20,000 nt of DNA from Patellaria atrata CBS 101060 (lineage: Eukaryota), in NCBI GenBank assembly GCA_010093705.1, contig MU006092.1, forward strand, positions 986,675 through 1,006,674. The letters run 5' to 3'. Positions 11,843 to 19,336 of this stretch are shown here, piece after piece. The notes below the pieces were generated by a model. It saw only the letters and a program-made list of their open reading frames with translations, did no database searches and was not told the origin of the DNA. The translations under genes were made by a program, and so were the position numbers. Position 1 is the stretch's first letter. Each line of letters opens with the position of its first letter.

Positions 11843-12087
11843 ACCTCCATCCATACCTCCATCCACACCTCCATCCACACCTCCATCCACACNNNNNNNN
11901 NNNNNNNNNNNNNNNNNNNNNNNNNNNNNNNNNNNNNNNNNNNNNNNNNNNNNNNNNNNNNNNNNNNNNNNNNNNNNNNNNNNNNNNNNNNNTCCACACC
12001 TCCATCCACACCTCCATCCACACCTCCATCCACACCTCCATCCACACCTCCATCCACACCTCCATCCACACCTCCATCCACACCTCC
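11843..12087. repeat. 12-bp minisatellite (ACCTCCATCCAC)n spanning a 100-N assembly gap (11893-11992)
   Basis: The same unit occurs on both sides of the gap (~4 copies left, ~8 right); true length unknown. Confidence 0.95.
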
Positions 12088-12455
12088 GTAACCCCATACT
12101 CAATCCCACACACCCACATACCCCTCACCGACAATCCGGCCCCCTCTCCCCTATCCCTCGCGCCCTTAGTAAATCGTAACGTTCCACACACTCCCTAGCA
12201 CATGTTCCCGTCCCACCGTCCCCTCTAAATCCCAGTCCCACGTTACCTCTGTAGTCTGTCCGACGTCCCACCGCTTACAATAGTCAAGCTACACCAAAGT
12301 TTAGATTCCAGAGCTAGGAATCCCTGATTCAGCCTTACGGGTTAGGGGCGTCGGTGTGGGTTGTGACTTTGTGAGACGGGTTTTGGTTAGAATGGTTCAG
12401 TAGTGATGGAAAAGGGAGAGGGAGGTGTTTTCGGACTTCTAGTTGGATTTTTCTT

Positions 12456-12504
12456 TTTTGGATTTTTTGGTTTTTTTAGCTTTTTGGCTTTTTGGCTTTT
12501 TGGC
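12456..12504. repeat. Low-complexity (TTTTTGGC)-like 8-mer repeat
   Basis: ttttttggattttttggtttttttagctttttggctttttggctttttggct. Confidence 0.75.
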
Positions 12505-14002
12505 TGACATGTGAAAGGAGGAGTGCAGGGGGTTTCAATGGGAGCTGGAAAGGGAAGGTGGGCAGAAACTGGCACTGGGGGATGTGCTGGGGTATGGTGA
12601 CTGCGTGTACCCTACCTTACCTTATGACCTTCAGCAAGATCTTCTTTGATGGAATGTGAACGCGTACCATATACACATACCAGCAGTTCCGTGTAAAATT
12701 ACATACATTGGAAAATCGAGTACGTGTTGGACTCTTTCTCGAGGGGGACTAGGTAGGTTTGCTCTTCTGGAACTACGGTAGCTGTCGTTGTTATGATATG
12801 TGCGTAGATTCAATTCCATTAGTTGAGGTGGAGACTGATCTAATCTGTCCTTCAAGCAAAAGGTAAGTTAAGGTAGTTCCGTTCCCAGCTCTCTCCTCTA
12901 TATCGGTCAGTCTACAGTATCACGGTATAACTATATGAGAAACTGCGCATCAAAAAGAAGTTAGTTTTCGTCCCTACTACGTTCCACACCCCCTTATGTT
13001 TATATCTCAACTCCCATCAGTCATCTTGTAGAACCCACCGGCGGGGAAAAAAAAAAAAAGAGGAAAAAAAAAAGGAAAGAAAAGAAAAGGAAGCCGTACA
13101 CCATCACCATCACCAGGCGGCTCTCAATCCCCTTTAGCGAGCCTTACACATCTCGCACCCTCTAGCCGCCGGTCAAGACCCGCTGTTTCCAGCGCCACAT
13201 CTCACCCCTCATCCAGAAGGCATACAACGATATACAATGAGAGGATTGTGAAACAAGGAAGCACACAAACTGCCCTCTCGAGTTCACAGTATCTATCGCT
13301 ATCAGCGACCGCTTGGAAATGAGATCTCATCACCTTCCCCACCAGGCCCAAGAAGAGTGTATGATGGTATAGCATCCCACATACCAAGTATTTACCGCAT
13401 TACAGTCCCAATTCACTCGAAAAGGACTTGGTACCGGTGCAAGGTAGGGAGAAGGGGGTTCCTGTAAAAGCGGGAAGTGACCGTATTGCCTCGAATGAGG
13501 GAAGGATGAGTGGGTCGGACCACATGAGGTTGAAGTTCATGGGGCAAATGGTGCGAGGCTCGGATAGGGATTGTGTGGAATGGGTCATTTGACCGGTGTG
13601 GTGAAGAAGGATCAAGTAGGGAGGGAACTCGAGAGGAATATAACGGGGATTAAAGAAGATGATATTTGAGAATTTAATAGTATTGTAGATAAATTTAATA
13701 CGAGTTTATGAGAGTGGATATTTTCGCAACAGGGACAATGCTTTTGCTTCGGCTGAGGAACGCAGCTAGAAGTTTAGTTTGGAAAGGAAATAACCTACCC
13801 ATAAGTTTTGGGGAATACCAAACCTGGTGAAGTGTAGTGTTAGTATAAACGGTATTGAATTGACCGAGGTCATTGTGGGATAGGAGATAAATTAGAACCA
13901 TGAAGTCCATTTTTCATTGTTCATATGCAATACACAGAATGTTTTCACAAGCCATGCCTAACCTCCCACGTCGAATCATGGACCAGCATATGCACTATTA
14001 AT

Positions 14003-14831
14003 CTACTCGTCATCATCCTCATCTTCTTCCTCAGCCTCGAGAGTAGTCAATGCAATACCTACAGATAAAACCGGTTAATGATATGGCAAAGGCACCTTCA
14101 TGTTAAAAACCTACGATCTAAATCACGCTGGCCGCTTTGTGTAATTCTGCGACCACCCTTCTCCTCGTCCTGTTCTAGAACACCAATCTTCTCTAGAGCT
14201 TGCATGACCTTGCGATCGACACTACCTGAGGCATCGACATGATGGCTAGGTCTTGAACCTCTGTTCTTCTGTCCGCCATGTGCTTTTCGGAGACGGCCTA
14301 CACCAACAGTCTTTCGAAGATAAATGTGTCTGGCAACGGCAGCGGCGCGGATATAGAACCTAACAAAATTCGTTGGTAAAACGTCCTACATGGAATTTGA
14401 ACATTCTTGAAAGTTGAAAGCGTACCAATCGATGCTTTGAGGTGGTAATTCTTTCGCGTGGCTGATATCATATTAGCAAAGCCCATTTCCGTATTTCGTG
14501 AAGCACGTACCTAGTTTTAACTGTATCAACCCAACCTTGTAGATAGAAACACCAATGTCAGCTTGCTGATCTGGCGCACAATATCCCCCAATTTCTTGGG
14601 ATTCAAGGATTTAACTCGGAATTGTGCTAACCTGGGATGGGTAATTTGCCCTGGCGTTTTAAAAAGGCGGCATAGGCGTCTATGAACTTGTTGGCCTGGT
14701 GTAAGAAGTACAGATTAGCAAATATTCAGATATCCAGTGTGTATTCCAGCAGCTGCTCGAAGACGGTACATCCAGAGAACGGATTGAGGGAAATAACATA
14801 CCGGAACATCGCGAACGCTAACACCAGGCAT
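14003..14831 (-). CDS. RPS19: 40S ribosomal protein S19 (eS19); complement(join(14003..14058,14115..14359,14426..14461,14511..14535,14632..14695,14802..14831)), 151 aa
   Basis: Manual minus-strand splicing gives MPGVSVRDVPANKFIDAYAAFLKRQGKLPIPGWVDTVKTSHAKELPPQSIDWFYIRAAAVARHIYLRKTVGVGRLRKAHGGQKNRGSRPSHHVDASGSVDRKVMQALEKIGVLEQDEEKGGRRITQSGQRDLDRIALTTLEAEEEDEDDDE*. Five GT-AG introns with consistent phases. Confidence 0.97.
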
Positions 14832-15069
14832 GATTGCGGTTGTTTGTTAAGCCGGAGGAGATAGGTTTAAGAAAGGTCGTCGCGATTTCAATATTTCGCG
14901 AAACTGTAAAATGCTCTCGCTTCTGGGTGTGCCGAAGATTAAGCGGGAGCAAGCATCTCTTGGCAACACTATCCCCGAATTTCCGTCTCGATGTTCCTCC
15001 CCAACACAGACGCGCCTTTTGTTGATATTGAGTCCCAGCAGATCGCTTTTCATCCGCTTCAATGTCTCT
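14832..15069. promoter_or_regulatory. Compact bidirectional promoter between RPS19 and the TED1-like gene
   Basis: 238 bp separate the divergent start codons (14831 and probable 15070). Contains TCGCGA palindromes (tcgcgatttcaatatttcgcgaaa). Confidence 0.6.
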
Positions 15070-16710
15070 ATGTTTCAATCTTCTTTCTTATTCCGCATCT
15101 TGCGGCTCTTGTTGCCTATATGTATAATATCATCAATCTATCTTTATCTGTATCCCCTTTTTCATCTCTGCGGCTTTCCAGGGGTATCATCCAGTAATGA
15201 TAATGACAATATTTTACAGAAGATAGGACAAATCGCATCGCAAAACTCTCGTTCAACCGATCGAGCACCTTTTCGACTTCTTGTTTTCGGTGACCCTCAG
15301 CTTGAAGGTGATACCTCGCTTCCCGAACCCAATTCTCCCTGGTTCCCAAGTCTGGCGAATGCTTGGGAGGGAGTAAAGAGAGGCCATGGACACAATAACA
15401 GTACCAATGTCACTGTCCCTACAGTGAAAGACACCATATTCCAACTTTTACGAACCGATTTACCTCGTCTACTCAAGTACTCGCGCAAGAGCCTTGATCT
15501 ACTTGGCAACGACTACTATCTTGCACACATTTATCGTACACTTCATTGGTGGTCCGATCCGACGCACGTTACGGTTTTAGGCGATTTATTGGGTAGCCAA
15601 TGGATTGATGACGATGAGTTTCAACGTCGTAGTAACAGATACTGGAAGAGAGTCTTTAAGGATGGGAGTAGAGTTCCAGACGAGGTCATGAACACCCCGA
15701 CAAGAGAGATTCTGGGAGCAGCTTCAGCCTGGGCTAAAAGAATCATCAACATTGCAGGTAATCATGATATTGGTTACGCTGGTGATATCACCGAGGAGCG
15801 CGTGAGCCGGTTTGAACGCTTCTTCGGTAAAGTCAATTGGGAGGTCTCCTTCGAACTTCATAATGGCACCAATACGACAAACCCACCGCCATTAATTCGT
15901 CTCATAGTCCTCAACACTATGAATCTTGATACTCCTGCTCTTTCACCCAGACTTCAGACTGACACTTATTCCTTCATCAACGACGCCATTATTGGTTCGC
16001 CTCCCGTTGAGTCAAATACCACCCTTACTCTTCTTCTCACGCATATTCCTTTACACAAGCAATCTGGCGTGTGCGTTGATGCGCCATATTTCAACTTTTA
16101 CGGTGAAGAACAAGGCAACGGTATAAAGGAACAGAATCATCTCTCGGACTATGCGTCGAAGTCACTACTGGAAGGAGTTTTCGGCTTGAGTGCAAATCCG
16201 GACAGCGCAGCTGGCGGAAAAGGGAGAAGGGGCATTATTTTCACGGGCCATGATCACGAAGGTTGTGATGTTTTCCATCATTTGCGAAGTCCATCGGCAA
16301 TCCCACAGAGCGGGGAGGACGATTCTCCCGTATGGCACGCGACCCGGTGGAGAGATCGCCAGAGATACCGGACCGAACATTCCATCCTCGCAGAAGATGA
16401 TCGACCTGGTGTTAGAGAAGTAACACTTCGCGCCATGATGGGGGAATTTGGTGGGAACGCTGCTCTGGTCTCTGCATGGTTTGATAATACCACCGGTATC
16501 TGGAAAACTGAGCTCAATAAATGCGCGTTAGGCGTCCAGCATATCTGGTGGGTTGTGCACATTCTTGATCTAATAGGAGTTCTCGTCCTTATTTCCGCTA
16601 TCTTTGTTTACAGTTGGGAACGCTTCATTGGCGCGCATACAATCAAACGGATGAAGAGTAGAAAGAAGAAGGTGAAAACGAAGAAGCAGGGGTCGAAAAA
16701 GACCGAATGA
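15070..16710 (+). CDS. TED1: Ted1-like calcineurin-like metallophosphoesterase (GPI-glycan remodelling, ER membrane), ~546 aa, intronless
   Basis: N-terminal TM segment ending IYLYLYP; motifs FGDPQLEGD, LDLLGNDYYLAHIY, TVLGDLLGSQWIDDDEF, IAGNHDIGY, LLTHIPL and FTGHDHEGC; C-terminal TM and a KKXX ER-retrieval tail (KKTE*). ATG 15070 is preferred over in-frame ATG 14911. Confidence 0.88.
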   Translation: MFQSSFLFRILRLLLPICIISSIYLYLYPLFHLCGFPGVSSSNDNDNILQKIGQIASQNSRSTDRAPFRLLVFGDPQLEGDTSLPEPNSPWFPSLANAWEGVKRGHGHNNSTNVTVPTVKDTIFQLLRTDLPRLLKYSRKSLDLLGNDYYLAHIYRTLHWWSDPTHVTVLGDLLGSQWIDDDEFQRRSNRYWKRVFKDGSRVPDEVMNTPTREILGAASAWAKRIINIAGNHDIGYAGDITEERVSRFERFFGKVNWEVSFELHNGTNTTNPPPLIRLIVLNTMNLDTPALSPRLQTDTYSFINDAIIGSPPVESNTTLTLLLTHIPLHKQSGVCVDAPYFNFYGEEQGNGIKEQNHLSDYASKSLLEGVFGLSANPDSAAGGKGRRGIIFTGHDHEGCDVFHHLRSPSAIPQSGEDDSPVWHATRWRDRQRYRTEHSILAEDDRPGVREVTLRAMMGEFGGNAALVSAWFDNTTGIWKTELNKCALGVQHIWWVVHILDLIGVLVLISAIFVYSWERFIGAHTIKRMKSRKKKVKTKKQGSKKTE

Positions 16711-17084
16711 GATACACTAGACATGACATAACTATTACAACCTGCGTAGAGTGTTCTGTATCACTGCATATGTATCAGCGAATATATGTCAACGAACATG
16801 TATCGCCGCTTTAGCGAAGGAAGCGGGTTTGCCGATTTTGATATCAGTACAGCTATGTTATTATATGGCTCTCGTACGGACCTTTTAAACCGTATATTTT
16901 AAAATATATGTATAACTTAATGAGCGGACACAATATTTCTAAATGAAACGTCTCACAAGATATCGTAGGTATCGTTTAAGACGCTTCCCTTAGGTAGGTA
17001 GTATGAACCGTCGCGTGCACACGGTAGAAGTCTGATCCACGTCGTGCACGGATATAGGCCATACACACCCTTCGATAAATTTAG

Positions 17085-17231
17085 AGCCTTATAACATTTT
17101 AAATATAAGAGCTATAACGTTAAACCTAGAATAATAAATTATTTTTTTTTAAAAAAAAAGTTTAGATTATATTATTAAAAATTCAAGTATTTTAATTTTT
17201 ATTATATTATAAAAAGTATTTTTAAAGATTT
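17085..17231. other. Very AT-rich, TpA-rich patch, possibly a RIP-degraded repeat remnant
   Basis: Abrupt drop in GC (ttataacattttaaatataag...tattatattataaaaagtattttt) immediately before the LTR. Confidence 0.5.
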
Positions 17232-17454
17232 TGTTACAACGGGAGTCTATACTTATTGTGACGATGTCACAGATTATCATTTCCTACTTTCCCTTATTAG
17301 TAGTAGTCGCGCCGAGGTTCTACCGCTACGTGCTTGATACTAGTAGATCGCGCGACTATAACTTCTTCTTTCCTTAACTTAATCTCTTTACACTGTAGTT
17401 AGGTTATACTAGTTGCAATCCAATTCGATTCTCTACAACCGCTACGCCGTCACA
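17232..17454 (+). repeat. Putative 5' LTR (starts TGTTAC at 17232 or TGTGACG at 17257; ends CGTCACA at 17454)
   Basis: Terminal inverted match TGTGACG/CGTCACA, TATAA-like site at 17357, and a candidate PBS 2 nt after the CA. The 3' LTR is not in the window. Confidence 0.65.
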
Positions 17455-17506
17455 TTAGATTAAGTTCTACCACCACGGCCTTGGAAAGGCGACATAATAT
17501 TCCAAC

Positions 17507-17893
17507 CCGGTGCTTGAGAGTATCAAGACCGAAGACCACGAGTTTATCCGGCACCTGAGAGTATCAGGACCGACGACANNNNNNNNNNNNNNNNNNNNNN
17601 NNNNNNNNNNNNNNNNNNNNNNNNNNNNNNNNNNNNNNNNNNNNNNNNNNNNNNNNNNNNNNNNNNNNNNNNNNNNNNNNNNNNNNNNNNNNNNNNNNNN
17701 NNNNNNNNNNNNNNNNNNNNNNNNNNNNNNNNNNNNNNNNNNNNNNNNNNNNNNNNNNNNNNNNNNNNNNNNNTTTATCCGGCACCTGAGAGTATCAGGA
17801 CCGACGACAACGAGAGAAACCCGGTGCTTGAGAGTATCAAGACCGAAGACCACGAGTTTATCCGGCACTCGAGAGTATCAAGACCGACGACGA
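17507..17893 (+). repeat. Tandem array of alternating 41/42-bp units in the retrotransposon 5' leader, interrupted by a 195-N gap (17579-17773)
   Basis: Unit A ccggtgcttgagagtatcaagaccgaagaccacgagtttat (17507, 17821); unit B ccggcacctgagagtatcaggaccgacgacaacgagagaaac (17548 partial, 17779); variant at 17862. Confidence 0.9.
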
Positions 17894-17908
17894 GCAAACC
17901 ACTACAAG

Positions 17909-19336
17909 ATGGTTAGACCATCAGGAACAACGACGCGGGAAGACACCGTGAGAGACACCGGACCTACAGACCACCTTACTACGGAGCATAATACTAGATT
18001 AAAAGGGAAGAGTACTAGACATGACCGGCGCTCCTCAAAAGTCGCGCTAGTTAGCGTACCGATCACGGAGGAAATGCTCGAGGAGGACCTCCAAGATATG
18101 CTACAATGGTGCGAGGATAGGTGTGAGCGGCAGGAGCTAGGATATAAGACTACCCTAGGTCAAGAACACATTAATAGTATTGAAGATGTCAAACGAGTAC
18201 TGCAAGATGACCTAGATAACTTCGCAGAAGAATATTTACAAAGCCTATTACGACTAGTAGCCCGCGAGGAGCAAGTGAAGACACTAGCCGGGATAACCAG
18301 ACAGCACCACGAAGAGATGGCGCAGAAGATAGCTATATATGAAGCTAACGAGGAGATTATAGAGGACCTCCAAAATGAGAATCAGGCCCTACGTGATCAG
18401 CTGGCGCGAGCACGGGCTAACCGGAACCGAACCGACCGTGCTATAACGGAAGATACAATAGGAAGCGCGAGAACCCTAGGGAGTAGAAGCGACAAGTCGA
18501 GCAAGTTCCCCGACCCACCTATACTAACCGATGGTAAGGATCCAACTTACCGAATATGGAAGAGCCAGTTGATGGACAAACTCGAGTGCAATGCCGACTG
18601 GTACCCAACGGATAGAGATCAGGTAGCATACACCAAGACGAGGATAGGTGGATGGTCAGCCGACCAGGTATATCCATACCTAGAGTCAAAAACGGAAGAT
18701 GGCGAGACCGTCACACTTAAGGACCTACTTAGGTTCATTCACCAGATTCATGAAGACCCTAATAGGCGTCTTAAGGCTAAAGATGAGCTGAGAAAGCTAA
18801 ACCAGGGCTACCTAGCGGACTTTACGAAATTCCAGTCAGACTTTATCCGTCTAGCCACGGAGGCTAAGTTGTCTAGAGACCAATGGAAAGAAGAGATCCA
18901 CGAGAAGCTATATAGTTCTCTACGACAGGTTATGACGTTAGACGTGGTGAACGACAATATTAGTTTTGAAGAGTTCTGTCAACGAGCAACGCTCCAAGCA
19001 CGAGGCCTAGAGAAGCAGAGCCAGGAGTCGAAAGAGCGACGAGAGAAGCAACAGAAGCGCAAGACCACCGGAGCAGCTTCAAATACCACGGTAACGAGTA
19101 GAACCACGACCCAGCGATCGGATAGAGTTTCGGGCACAGCTACTCCTCCACAACAATCAATAGACCAGAGTACCACAACGGTTCGAAAGTTCACGGGAAA
19201 TTGCTTCAACTGCGGCAAGCCGGGGCACCGATCGGCTAATTGCCGAGCACAAAGAAAGACAGCCGAGGTTAAGTCGGCTCAAGCGGAGCAAAACGAGTCA
19301 GGCCAGGAATCAGAACCGGAAAACGAGGAACCCTAA
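17909..19336 (+). CDS. gag: Retrotransposon Gag with C-terminal CCHC zinc knuckle, 475 aa
   Basis: First ATG after the leader repeats (acaagATGG); coiled-coil region; capsid-like KFPDPPILTDGKDPTYRIWKSQLMDKLECNADWYPT; nucleocapsid CFNCGKPGHRSANC (CX2CX4HX4C). Confidence 0.9.
   Translation: MVRPSGTTTREDTVRDTGPTDHLTTEHNTRLKGKSTRHDRRSSKVALVSVPITEEMLEEDLQDMLQWCEDRCERQELGYKTTLGQEHINSIEDVKRVLQDDLDNFAEEYLQSLLRLVAREEQVKTLAGITRQHHEEMAQKIAIYEANEEIIEDLQNENQALRDQLARARANRNRTDRAITEDTIGSARTLGSRSDKSSKFPDPPILTDGKDPTYRIWKSQLMDKLECNADWYPTDRDQVAYTKTRIGGWSADQVYPYLESKTEDGETVTLKDLLRFIHQIHEDPNRRLKAKDELRKLNQGYLADFTKFQSDFIRLATEAKLSRDQWKEEIHEKLYSSLRQVMTLDVVNDNISFEEFCQRATLQARGLEKQSQESKERREKQQKRKTTGAASNTTVTSRTTTQRSDRVSGTATPPQQSIDQSTTTVRKFTGNCFNCGKPGHRSANCRAQRKTAEVKSAQAEQNESGQESEPENEEP

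Noticed and set aside
11691..12198. Repetitive ORFs (WMEV, HPHL, HTSI)
   Set aside because: Translations of the 12-bp minisatellite across an N gap.
13200..13920. Short ORFs suggesting a pseudogene
   Set aside because: The frames I read give no recognisable protein; unsupported without a homology search.
14911..15069. 53-aa N-terminal extension of Ted1
   Set aside because: Only 80 bp from the RPS19 start codon and not needed, since the TM anchor follows ATG 15070.
17507..17893. CRISPR-like array or hammerhead ribozyme repeats
   Set aside because: Intervening sequences recur rather than being unique spacers, the context is a eukaryotic retroelement, and the hammerhead CUGANGA core is not matched (CUGAGAG).
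17510..17908. N-terminal extension of the 608-aa ORF
   Set aside because: Starts at GTG and reads through leader repeats and an N gap; the real gag start is probably ATG 17909.
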